DNA from: Bugula neritina
Taxonomy: Eukaryota; Animalia; Bryozoa
NCBI GenBank assembly: GCA_964035545.1
Contig: OZ037771.1
Span: 12,523,133-12,587,132 of the forward strand
Direction of reading: 5' to 3'
DNA length: 64,000 bases
Shown: positions 51,743 to 64,000 of the stretch, one piece after another
Layout of the letters: each line of letters begins with the position of its first letter
Position numbering within the stretch: the first letter of the stretch is position 1
Translations under genes and position numbers: made by a program
The notes under the pieces: model-generated
Told to the model about the DNA's origin: nothing
What the model saw: the letters and a program-made list of their open reading frames with translations, nothing else
Database searches by the model: none

Positions 51743-53223
51743 GTTGGAACAGTAGTAGTAATAGCTCAGATCTTAAACGATACTATAAAGTACATGGTAC
51801 TTCTTGAATAAACCCCAACTTTTAATCATAATCAGTGATTAGTACACTAGGCCTAGCAACTTGTAAAAACTTTGCTAGTAGAAGCACCAATTTGGTGGTC
51901 ACTGAGTGCAGTAGCTACGAGGTTTCGAGTTCTGAGTCTAGATCTCAGAAAAGTGTATGCAAACTCTGTACTCTGTCGTCTAACTCGTTGCTGATTCTAG
52001 CGGCTTTTCAACTGGTTGATCTTTGTTCAGTAGAAAACATTGCTAGTAGCAGTACCAAATTGGAAGTGATTGCATTCAATGCGTGATTGTATAGATCCCC
52101 CAAAGCATTGCTTTTAATATGATCAATATGAATCATAATTATAGCAAAGTCAAATACAATTATAATATAAAATTCAAATTCAAATTGTAATATTACATTT
52201 ACTCATTACTCATAGTCATACTGTCATAGTGATAGTCATTAGCCATTATGATTATTTATTAGTATAACCCAAACTGTAAGTGATAACTATAAATATAATC
52301 TTAATAATATTATCAATCTGAATCTAATCGTGATAATATTAATAAAAATATGAATTTGAATTGAATATAATCATAATGCTATTAATTTTAAATGTACTAT
52401 TATAATAATTATTATTATATTAAATTCAATGTGAATGTGTAGTGATGACCAGCCAACCTTTACCATGATAATAGTAATACTAAATCTAATAATTATATAA
52501 TCATTGTGATAGTGATACTCATACTCATAGTGATAGTCATACTGAAAGTGATACTCACACTCAAAGGGATAGTCATACTCATATTCATCATAGTTCATAT
52601 GCTGATTGTGACGGTAATGCTTATACTGACAACTGATGGGCATGCTTATAGCAGTATCACACTGTGACTATCACTATCAGTATCACATACAATTACATAC
52701 AGTATCATAGGCTCGTAGCCATGCTCGGTCTTGTACACTATCAGTACCACCGTAGTTGAAGTGAACATAAATTTTATACTTTAACTATTAGTTATGTCAT
52801 AGTCATAGTGATAGTAGTAACCATACTCATAATTAAATTCAGTATCGTAGTAATAGTGATAGTAATTTTATAATTATAACGGTGACATTGCGATTGCCAT
52901 TTGTATTATAGCTATTTATTATTTTATATTATTAACGTTTTTATTTTTAAAATATTACTAACATTCGCAATAGTTAAAGCAAGTTAAGTGCACAATTCTA
53001 ACTTTTTTGTGTCTTTTTTTAAACTATTATTATTTGCGAATTTGCTGTCCTATAAACATGATATTGCTACAATAATAGTAGTAGTGATGAACATCCTACT
53101 GTCTGGATTATGTGTTGGTAGTCTAAGGGCATTCTGACAATGTGATTAAGCCACAAACTAGTCAGTAGAGTAGAGTATGCATGTAGCTGTTCAGGCTCAT
53201 GTTGCAGATAATGCAAATGTGTG

Positions 53224-54378
53224 ATGAGTGGACAGTGTGCAGCAGGTGCTTGCTCTCATACGTCCTCTACTCCATATCATCAGACCATAGATGAAGTTGA
53301 GTTTGAACGTGGCATATGGACAGCCGCTCTAGAAAATAATGTCGACAAGATGATCTCACTATTAACTAAAGATTCTGGTCATGCTAACAAGCAAGATGGC
53401 AATGGCTATACTGCCTTGGTATGTCGTTGGTAATTAGCCCTAAACATTAAGGTTTTATAAGGACTTATAGGATTTTCTTGCGATTGATTTTTTACAAAAG
53501 TCATGCCATCTTTAGAGTAAAAAGATATGTTTTTTTTTAAATAATTTCTAACTAGTTTTAATTTTTTTTATTGATGAAATCGAAGCTGAGCTGTTAGATG
53601 TTAATTGAATGCTGGAATAATGGTGTTTAACTTGAATCATCATATCTTTCTAGCATTACGCAGCCAGGGCTGGCCACAAAGAGGCTTGCAAACTGCTTTT
53701 GTCTCACGATGCAGATATTAATGCTAGACTTAGAGGAGGAGATACGGCAATGCATCGAGCCAGTTACAAAGGACGGGTCGGTGTGGTTGAGCTACTCATC
53801 TCTCATGGAGCTGAGGCTATTCAGGGTGCAGATGGACAAACTCCGCTACACAAGGTAATCTTTCGACAGGGTACTTGTTGAGTTATGCCAGCAACTGTTT
53901 GCTGCTGTATTCCCGTTACTGATTAGCATAAACTCACAAGTCATCTTTCAAATTAAACACTAAATATCTAATTTCCTCACTGTGCTTCCATTACTTTACA
54001 TTATGCTAATAGGTACTCATACGATGAATTTGTAATTGTGGGTTTTCATGAACTTATGGTTGTCGTTTCATTCGATGCAACTGTTCCAAGCATCAAATGA
54101 AAAATCTATTCACATAATTCGAAGCTTGGGAATGCAGTGAATGTATAATCAAGTTTATACAGCTATGACAGCTACTCATAGAGACCTCATGTTTATGAAC
54201 TCTTCAATGTGTCCATCTGCTCTCACAGGCAGTGGAACAGACTCAGCTACAAACAGCCAAGTTGTTAGTTGAGAGTTATCCTCACTTGAAAGCTGTCAGA
54301 GATGATAAACACAGACAGCCAATTGATTTGTATTCTGGAGAAGATGTGCAATGGCTGAGTTTACTTGCTGATGGCTAA
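53224..54378 (+). CDS. ANKRD39: Ankyrin repeat domain-containing protein 39 ortholog, 181 aa, 3 coding exons
   Basis: Exons 53224-53418, 53654-53854 and 54229-54378. Diagnostic N-terminus CSH...HQTIDEVEFERGIWTAAL, then GYTALHYAARAGH, GGDTAMHRASYKG, DGQTPLHKA. Confidence 0.92.
53978..54142. mobile_element. MITE family, copy 3 (ANKRD39 intron 2)
   Basis: CACTGTGCTTCCAT...GGGAATGCAGTG plus the shared core. Confidence 0.7.
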
Positions 54379-54880
54379 ACAACAGGGTTCCTATTGGTTG
54401 AAGAGTATTGGCAGTATGCATAGTATTGGTGGACAAGCCAATGCGCTCTATCTCGATCGCTATTGGTCAATATAAAGTGTACTAGATACTTATGTGTGTC
54501 ATGTACCTAGCGTATTTCTTGTGAATATGATGCATTATTAAATACAAGACTGTAGATAACTTATTATAATTTTGTAAATATATTTGATATTCTACTATAG
54601 TAAAGTACCATAATAAAAAGGTATAGATAAAAACTCGTATATAATTGTGTAATTCTATTTCAGATGCAATGCATTATCAATATCATTAAGATTACACAAT
54701 GCAGTTAGTATTTATCATAGAGGTATATTAAAAATATTATAGCGCAATGAATGGTGGACGGAAAGAATAAACTTTAGTTGAGCAATACTATTGAGTGTCC
54801 TTGGAATAATATCATGGGTTGAGTGGAGCCTTAACTGTCCCGCATTGTCAAGCTGCTGTTTTTGGAATTTAAGGTTACAG

Positions 54881-57800
54881 TCATTGTTGCTTTCTAAAGC
54901 GAAGTAGTCCTTGGTCCTGTTCCAGTAGAGACCTGGGACTAAAGTTAAATATAGATTTGTCTCCCTCGTCCACTAGAGGTGTGGGTGTTTTGGCAGCAAT
55001 GGGGTTTAGTTTGTGACTCTACAATGATATATACATGTTAAAATAATAATCAGTGAGAACAACAAAATTTAGAAAGGTAAAACAACAGAATGTCAAAAGT
55101 TATATGCTGTAACGCAAAAGCTTTGCAAAACTATTTCACTACAAGCGAAGAAATCACAAGTTACATTCTAAATATACTTGTCAAAAGTGGAGCAATATTA
55201 AATGGGAATTAGGTTTTAAATGGATCCGTTGAATCATATAGCAACATGTCGAAAGTTATTTCACAAATATTTATATTCCTGGTTTTAACTGAAAATTTTT
55301 GAAAGGACAACTCCAATTACTAGAATCTGTCACAATTCCTTAGTCAGCTACTGACTATATTATGAGCGGCACTAATTAAATGACAGAAAGCTCAAAGTCA
55401 TGAGTCATAATACAATAGATTGCTAGCAGCCAATGAGCTGTAACATTTCTAACAGGTCTAAGCGTACATACCTTGTCTAGAGGAGTCTTTGAGCGTATTA
55501 ATGGAAAGTTATTAGCCTTGGTGCTTATGTTACTAGTAGGGTTGCCAGTAGGGTGCACCGAACTACTCCAGGAGCTGGAGTTTCCATTCTGCAAATAAGG
55601 TGTTGGGCCTCGAGGTTCTTGTTTTGGTTTTTCTTCATTTTCTGAAGTAATGTTAGCCGGGAAATGTATCTAAAACAAAATTAAAGAATTAAAACAGCAA
55701 ATTTATACTTTAATGCTATAATGACAGGATATTCGAGGCAGTCATAACTATATTCTGTTAAAAATATCCTGTGCTAATGGGCTTTCCACAAATTGATAAA
55801 TTTATTTTCCGCAGCCTTAAAGTTGCATTTATACCTTCACGATTTTCAGTCAGAAATTCAATTTAGCCGAGTTGAAATTTCATCGAGTTGCATTGCATTG
55901 TAAAAGCCACTCGTCAAAATTTTTGTACTGCGATTACTTAATCAGCCAATTTCAGAATGATAATCAAAAGGAATAATAACTCCTTGTAGACATCGGTATT
56001 TAATTGTGACTTTGGGACTAGATGACGTACTTATAATATGTTTATAATTATCTCGGCTACACTTTTTCAATTATTGCTTTTATGCTGTCAACTTTACTAA
56101 TTTACTGAAACTCGGTACTTTTTTAGTAGAGGTAACTGAGGCATAAAAGCAACTTTACTTACCAAACCAGTCTGTTTTCTTGGTTTCTTGTTGGACTTGG
56201 GATGACTCCGAATATTGGTAGTTGTCAGCCCTGTCTCTGCATCTCTCCACAATGCTGTGTTGGACGCTGTCGGAATGTTTTGTGAGTATATAGTAGTAGT
56301 GGAAGAGTCAGTCTGGTATTTGTTGTTGGTTTTCTGGTAGACTGTGGGACTTTGAGAGATGGGTCTTGACGAGACGTCATGCATGCCATCTATATCACAA
56401 GAGAAGACAACATTGATAATAAATAATATTGTCGCATACAGTATCACACACACACACATGCAATATACAGTTATATCTTACGAAATAACACACGTATGTA
56501 AGAAATTATTTATTACAAATCAAATAATAACCTGATGTTGTATGTACATCATGTGTGTTGACAGTAACATAAATATTTCAATGAAAGTTGAGTGACAAGC
56601 GACAGTGAAGTTGAGGAATCATAAGTCAGATAGAATTATATACCTTTCTCTCACAACTAAACGTACAATATCAGCATCTTTATAATGTACCACTAGTGAC
56701 TACACTTCAGTCAATTTGCCTACTAGATTGTCAAGTTTCTGTGTATTTATATAAAATAGTGAACAACACTTGGGCCTGTATGCAGTTAATGAGGGAGAGA
56801 ATCACCCAGGCCAACAAGAAACCACAGGAAATAAGAGTATATAAGCTAGCTTCAGGTCACAAAGAGTACTAATTCAACTAAACATGTCTATAGAGAGAGC
56901 TTTCCTTAACCTAACCACAGTCTATACTCTATACTATAAAATCCCATAACATATACGAGTTGTTTGCTCATTTCAATAAGACACAGTCTTAGTTTTTAAC
57001 ATCCATTTCATCATGTACAGTATATAAGATGGTAGATGTATTTTTTCCACTAGAAATATTAGTTTCTTCTGGTGCAAATAAGTGAGACATATTATTTTAT
57101 TTCGTGCTATGGGGAGGACAACTCTGAAAACAGATAATGTAATCATGACATCCGTAAATCAGTCTGCGTATAGGACATACTTAACATTATATCACAGCTC
57201 ATATAAATAACTCATGTGTGTTATAACACTACACTCAGTAATCCTTATACAAGAAGAAATGATAGTTTAGATAAAATACATGTGACAACAAGCCTGGCTG
57301 TAAATTTGAATAATTTAGACGATATTTCCTGTGAAATTGTACGGAAAAACTAGACTACATCTCGGAAACGTAGAAAAAGCTGCAGCTATCAACCTATAGA
57401 AAATGATTTATAGCAAATTATTAGACAAGAAAAGATGTGTGGGGAAAAGTGTTGAAAAGACAGAGATGAAGTGACCATGCAACTGAAAGGTGAAAGCAAT
57501 CAGCTTATTTTAGCATATAGACCTGTTTCACCTTCGTCATCAGAACACGTAGTATCACATTCAGCCTCTTCATAAAAAGACTGCCTGCGGTCTGCAAGTT
57601 ATTACCATTAAAGAGAGAATTATTTTCCAATAACTGTTAATAATTCTATTTTAACAATTATTAGTTATTTTAAAATAATGCTAATAATTTAAATTTCAAT
57701 GATGAAAAATATTTTATTTAATTTTTTTTAATTATACTGAATGAAGTCTTAGACACTTAATAAGACAACTTCTTTTATAAAATACCGTGGTATCTTCTAA

Positions 57801-60800
57801 CAGCTTTGATTTTAGTATCTTTATGATTGAAATTTTGGTAGTAATCAACTCACCATAATAATGACTTTTAGCCCTTCTGTCTCGCCCAAATAGAGAAAAG
57901 TTGGTGGGGACGGGTGACTGAGACATGATATACCCCCTATCCATTGATATTTGTAAATCTTGTTTGCTGTGTTGATCAACCAATCTTTCTGTTAGCGTCT
58001 TCACAGGAGCTGATTTCTTCCGCGTCAGCGTGGTGCTGCTTTTAATTCGCTGAAGTTCTTCTTGAGTGGATAGTGACGGCTAAACAACAGTAAATATATT
58101 TATAGATAATTGAATGCATAAACCTTGAGCACGGTAAAACATTAGTTTCTTACATAGCAAGCGTGTGGGTTATGGTACTCTGTTGAGTTAATGAGAAGAC
58201 AAATCCTGAAATAGCCGCTGAACGCAAATATAAAAGATAATCTTATCTCAAAAATTTGAATTGTAAGAAATTTCTATTTACTTTATACCATGCAAAGTAA
58301 TCTTCAAGTGTGCTTGTTCAGGGGTTGTTTATTATACATATATTATGCAACAAAAATAGTATACTGAATATATAGCACATCAAATATGTAGTATAATAAA
58401 TATAACATTTTAAATAGGAACATAGTATATTAACTATAATTAGGTGTCATGACAATTCAGACTTTATTTCAAGCAAATTGATCTACGTTTCTGATCACAT
58501 GACTCAAATAAAAATATAAAAACTGAACTTATAACTAGTACATCTCTTCTTTGTTGTCAGGTAACAAGGTATAGAAACGTATTTTGTACCTACAGTAGTG
58601 GTTGAGGAACTACATTTGAATTGCACACTGTTTGTCTATTCAAATCACCCAAAAGCTACTGACTGCAGTTAGCAGTTTGACATACCTTCTTGTGTGATTC
58701 TTGACTAGTATGAGCAGGTGCTATGTGAGTGGATGTCACATTAGCAGGTGTCATATAAGGAGAAGTAGTATTAGTGGATGTCACATGAGTAGTGGAGGGG
58801 CTCTGAGAAGCTGGTAATTGTGACTCATCAACGTGCTTCTTCAAAAACTTTGAGTTTGGAGGCTTTGGGGAAAGGCTTTGCTCACTTTCCACCGACACAG
58901 AAACGGGATTCGTTCTAAAAATAGCAATGAAAATGACAACACAAAAGTTTTTTCTATAAAGAAAATTAATTCCCATTCAAGTTCAACTGCCTCCTGTACA
59001 AACACAAAGCATGAATTTTAGTAACAAAATTACACTCACCGGAAATCAAATTCTGTTTTCTGATACTGACGATTGTCAAAAGAACTGGACAACAAAACTT
59101 TATTAGAAGAGATAGTGTGCTGACTTGGCAGCTGTGATGGGGTCAAGGTCATGACCTGACTGTCGCTGAGCTTAGAGTCCGTGTGATGTGACTCATTGTT
59201 TGTAGATCGGTGAAGTTTTAAATGTAACCGGTTTTCTAGAATTGAAGGCCCGGTGTTTCGATTATCCGAGGTCACCGTATCTTGCAGACCCTCATTAGCT
59301 CGATGTCTAACATTGTTCTCTGTAGTTGACACTGTATGTACTGCAGGACTTATTTTCTCCGAAATATTCTCCTTTCCAGATTTCTCCTTTTCCGAGACAC
59401 TCAACTTTGACTTCAACTTCATGAACTTTTTAGGTTCTTTAGTCAAAGTATCACAAACTATTTTGTCACTTTCAATAGAGCTATTATTATGATCAGTAGA
59501 ATCCAGCTTAGAGGTCATTGGAGTTCCTGGCCTAGTGCCTTGCTTGGCATTGAGGTCTACAATGCTTTTTCGCCTTGCTTTCTTTGGTGCTACAAGTACA
59601 GTCACAGAGCATGCAATAACAACAATTAAATTACAATGTTATATATAAATAAATATATATTCTTACGGAATCGTAACTTCATTAAAATTAAACGAGAAAC
59701 CTTTTAATTCTTACTTTATTTATACAAACAAATAAACTATACTTATATCTTAGAATCCAATGTATCAATTTTCTATCTGAGAAAATGGATACAGTGTTAT
59801 CAGAAATATAAGTTTCCTATTTACTTATATAAATAAAATAGGATTTAAAATAATATTTCCAGTTTAAATTCATTTTTAATAATAAATATAAATTTACAAA
59901 CAGACAAAATAAGTCCAAATAACAAATATTGATGCATACAGTTGAATAGTCTGTAAAGAGAAGACAATTACCTGCGTAATTTCGGTTGACTAATCTATCG
60001 GTATTAAAGAAAGGGTGGTTGTAACACGAATCTGCTGCAAACCTGTCAGAAGGTGATAACTGCAGACACGCCTGCATGAAATCTATACCAATACTGCTGA
60101 TAACACCTCTATACTTGTTGGACAAGGTTTCCGGAACTTTTACCACAGGAAACTGTAATGTACACGGAAGTAAAAAGTAGAGTTAAAACTATTTTTATAT
60201 ACAGAGTTGTCCCACTTTTGCTGAGACTCTAGTATATATAAATGGAATGGAATCACTAGTATATAAATAGAATAAAGTTACTATAAAGTTCACCTTTAGC
60301 CCGTTGTATCTGGGGTTATTGTAAAACAAAGACATCTGGTGTTTAGTGAGAGGCCCGAGTACTTTCTGTATAGTGTACAGCTGATCTATCTCACTCTCTC
60401 CGGGAAATAGGGGTTGGCCGTCACTAAGCTCCCCCATAATACAACCAATAGCCCAGATGTCCACAGGCTTACCATAACTTCCTCTGCAATGAACAGTATG
60501 ATGAGTTATTCCCACTATTTAGCCTGTGAACTTAATACTGAGTCACCCTGATGTATAAAAAATAGGCTAAATTCTTAGAAATTGTCCCATAAATAGTTAT
60601 AAAGTTAGCTGCTACATTTTAGGATATAAATTGGAAGGCTAGAGCTAGTTGTTTGGTGCTGGCATTGCTCAGTTGTCATGTACATATCTATATCTCAATT
60701 GATCTCATGTAAAATCATCAAACAAAATTGATATGTATGCAGCACTACTGATATGACCTTATAGCTTTAATTTCTTCCCAATAGAATTCACAAGAAACAA

Positions 60801-62872
60801 ATTTAAATCAATCAACTGACAAACTGTTGTAGTTTAGAAATCAGTTTACTTGACTGCAAGCTTCATTATTTATTTCAAATTTTAATATGCACTTGCTGAA
60901 ATATTTTTTACAAAGCTTTTGGCAGATAATTTAATTTGTAGAAATATTTTCATAGACTCACCCGAGCAGCAACTCCGGAGATCTGTACCACCTGGTGGCC
61001 ACGTAGTCCGTCAGCTGGTCATCACTGTTACTATCTATGTGTCTCGCAAACCCTGTAACAACATACTAAACAATTTCAACAGCTCAAACATATATACTTT
61101 GCACTACTCCATTCATTTGAATAAAACTGATAACAAATCGCAATTAATTCTCATGTTTAATAATTCATATATTCATCTGCTATTGTAGTGTTGTGATTAC
61201 ACAGTGGCTCCTGTGGTGCATTGGCTAGTGTGTGAGTTTGCAGGCTGGAGGTCTCGGGTTCGAATCCCAGTAACAGCACATTTTTTATAGCTATCTTTAG
61301 CAAAAGTCTTAAATTATTCAGATTTTTTAGCTATATTTAGATACCGAAGTCACATAGTTTTAGCGTGTCGTTGTAACTAATGAGTAAATTCTCTGGTTTG
61401 ATATCCCGATGCACGACGTCATTGTCATGGCACCATTTTATAGCCCTGATGAGTTGAAAAGTATAGGTTCTGACTTTCTCAGGTGTCACCCCTTCAGGGT
61501 GGTCTTCTAACACTTCCAACATGTTCTGAAAATACAGTCAGGAAGAGAGCATTATAGCTAATGGAAATATTATAGCTAGTAGAAATATTATATAACTAGT
61601 GGAAATATTATAGTTAGTATGGAAATATATCTCCAACACCAAAGAGCAGCTCAATGTCTGATTCAAAAGTAAGATATTGAAAGATTTTATCATTTATTGC
61701 TTTCTTGTGGACGATATACTTGTTAAATCCCTAGAAAACTGGAAATTTTTCAACACAGAAATATCAATAAAATATCAACAGAAGATTTAAGTTAACACAG
61801 TGGGTTCAATACACACTTTAGCTTTATATGTCCACGTTCCCAAGGTTTAGCACCTTCACATTAGTAAAACATAACAAAGGGTAAAGCTGAGTATTCGCCT
61901 TAGTAGAAATAAACTGCATGTCTTTAGGGAGGGAAGGAATATTTAAAAAAAAACTCACGCAAGTTTATAGTCACTATCCCTGTGAGAAACCCTTGATGGA
62001 AAGGGTTTTTGCTAGAATGGGCTAAGGACTTGTTTTAAATGAAGCACAGGAGTAATTATGACTGGATGCTCTCCCTAACATCACCAATGGCCTTTGTCGG
62101 GGTTCGATCCCACAACTTCGTGTTCACAAAGCAAACGCTTTAACCCCTAGACCACGGCTGCTCTCAGGAAAGGAATATTTACACTGCAGGTATTTCCACA
62201 GTCAGTTGACTATATAATATATACTACATATAAATTATTAATTGCTAACCAAGCAAGCAATTTCAATACATGTGATGGACTACAAGGCAGAGTTGCATGT
62301 TCTGTCACATCTTCTGCTTCTACCAACTTTGTATTACAAACAAGCTCCATGCTCGCAGTACAAAATGAAAGGTCATTTTACTTTAAAAGTTAGTACACAC
62401 TCAATATCTCTAGTTTTTGGCTACTTTTCATAATTTAGCTGTCAATGTATTTAACAGTTTTTCCCCTTAAACTAACAAAATATTAGCAAATCTGATTGAA
62501 TATCCTACGTTTCTCCCAATTCCCACAGTGACAATTTTTTTCATCGCAGCCCCTATATGTATATCTAGCTCACATAACAATGACGTTGCGCTTTAATATT
62601 GCAGGACCCCTCCCAGCTTTGTTGCTATGCATATTTAGAATCAAAACATAAAATTATCCATATAGTAAATGTTCATGAATTTTGAGCAAACTTTAATTTT
62701 TAGTTATAACTTGCTGAGCTTAGAGTGACAGCTACCTTGTCAACATATTCAAAGACCAGGTAAAGTTTGCCCCGCCTCTTGAAGGCCTCCCTCAGCTCCA
62801 CTACATTCTCATGCTTCAGACTTTTGAGCATCCGTAATTCTCTGAGAGTTGTCCTCTTCACGTCTTCATTTT
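54881..62872 (-). CDS. CDKL5: Cyclin-dependent kinase-like 5 ortholog, 5'-partial (N-terminal exons outside the window)
   Basis: Exons 62872-62736, 61525-61345, 61052-60962, 60483-60294, 60152-59972, 59589-59040, 58914-58686, 58079-57854, (57591-57532), 56389-56163, 55669-55472 and 55018-54881. CDKL5-type motifs [57 protein letters not shown], followed by a long S/T-rich tail (tail exons less certain). Confidence 0.9.
61206..61287 (+). pseudogene. tRNA-like sequence (tRNA pseudogene or SINE head) with an oligo-T terminator
   Basis: TGGTGCATTGG A box, GGGTTCGAATCCC B box/T-arm, then T7. The acceptor and anticodon stems pair poorly. Confidence 0.6.
61946..62165 (-). mobile_element. tRNA-derived SINE, copy 3
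   Basis: Reverse complement: gagcagccgtggtctaggggttaaagcg...ggccattggtgatgttagggagagcatccagtcataa...gactataaacttgcgtgagttttt. Confidence 0.85.
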
Positions 62873-63937
62873 CTGCAAACAAATCAGTTCAGTCGTAGTG
62901 TTTGTGTTGAAACTATAAAATCTACATAATAAAGGGAGGTAACTCCTGAAAACACAGCCTTACACTGGTTATTGTAGGTGGTAAACAATAACAGAATAAT
63001 TTGTCAATCAATATGAAGAATCTTTTTAATCCTAGCTTTAAAGAGTTAATAACTGCAGCCAATGATCATACCATCAATAAAGCTTCTATCAAGGAACAAC
63101 CTTCGAGCTATAAGAAAGTACATGCTATGCAATCAGAAAAAAATATTGCACCAACTGGGAAAAAATTGAATTTTAATAAGTCATGAGATATTTTTGACAC
63201 AGAATAATGCAGGCTATGTGGTAGTTGTCCTATCTTTTGAACTATTATTCCCTACAATATGTTTAAGTTTGAAACCATATCACAGCTTTCATTTTTTTAA
63301 AATATAACTTTGTCCAATTTAATGCCAAAGTTAGGATTATCTTACTTGGTCTAAACCACATCTAAAGTTTTCTAACAAAATTCATTGTAACCAAGACTTG
63401 AACATCAAAAAGCATAGACAGTTCTACCAATGGCTGCATTTCTTTTATCCCAAAAGTATTTGTAAGAGTAGTTTTATAAATATAATCTCAGACTATCAAG
63501 TAATATGAGAAACTGCAGCACTTGATTGTTAGCTTAAAATTACTCTAATGAGGAAACTAAAACAATATAATTAGTATTTACTCAATTGTATAAATAGCAT
63601 TGCGAAACAACCCAGTATTATTCTAGTAGGAACAATGGTTTACTGAAGTTAACAAACTCAAAGTATTTGATATTGTCTCTAAACAATCTCAAAGCTAGGT
63701 ATTGCCATGAAAGCTCAACTTCCCAACAGACTTTGTTTACCTCCCTTTGAAATTAGTTACATTGACTTTTCTTAGACTCGGAGCTTCAAAAGAAATTGTC
63801 AATAGCGACTAAAACCTTTTTAAATGAGCAGCTTTTCAAGGCAGCCAACAGTAAGAAGTAAACAGCACACTTTAGTTTGACCAACATAAGCTAATACAGT
63901 ATGAATATTATGAAGTATTATAATATAGTACACAGTA

Positions 63938-64000
63938 GTATACTACTGTAGTATACACTATACTGTAGTATACACTATACTGTAGCATACACTATACTAT
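63938..64000. repeat. 17-bp minisatellite truncated by the window end
   Basis: tactgtagtatacacta at 63944, 63961 and 63978. Confidence 0.85.

Noticed and set aside
50480-52090. Higher-GC segments that might be a gene or LINE remnant
   Set aside because: Stops in the frames I read and no identifiable motif, so it is left unassigned.
63741-63820. Possible CDKL5 VAIK exon (minus strand reads LVAIDNFF*)
   Set aside because: It lacks the catalytic Lys and hits a stop; the real N-terminal exons are presumably beyond 64000.

Overview
AT-rich, intron-containing eukaryotic (invertebrate-like animal) DNA, not prokaryotic; the organism cannot be determined from sequence alone. Left half: two ~7.2-kb direct copies (1-7219 and ~22432-29649), each with an intact 4-exon minus-strand gene for a secreted PAN/Apple + F-type-lectin protein. 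They are separated by ~15 kb of repeat-rich DNA: a long inverted-repeat pair, a foldback MITE, an RTE LINE tail, a 133-bp satellite, trinucleotide expansions and a spliced, broken P-element/THAP9-like transposase. Right half: four genes whose exons I joined by eye. These are a 17-exon AtuA-family gene (+) with a probable mitochondrial presequence and a GC-AG intron, a 9-exon SLC46-family transporter (-), ANKRD39 (+), and a CDKL5-like kinase (-) whose 5' end lies outside the window. The most unusual signal is that three SLC46 introns carry unrelated minisatellites, each apparently built by tandem copying of that intron's own 3' splice site. All coordinates and translations are manual and no database search was run.
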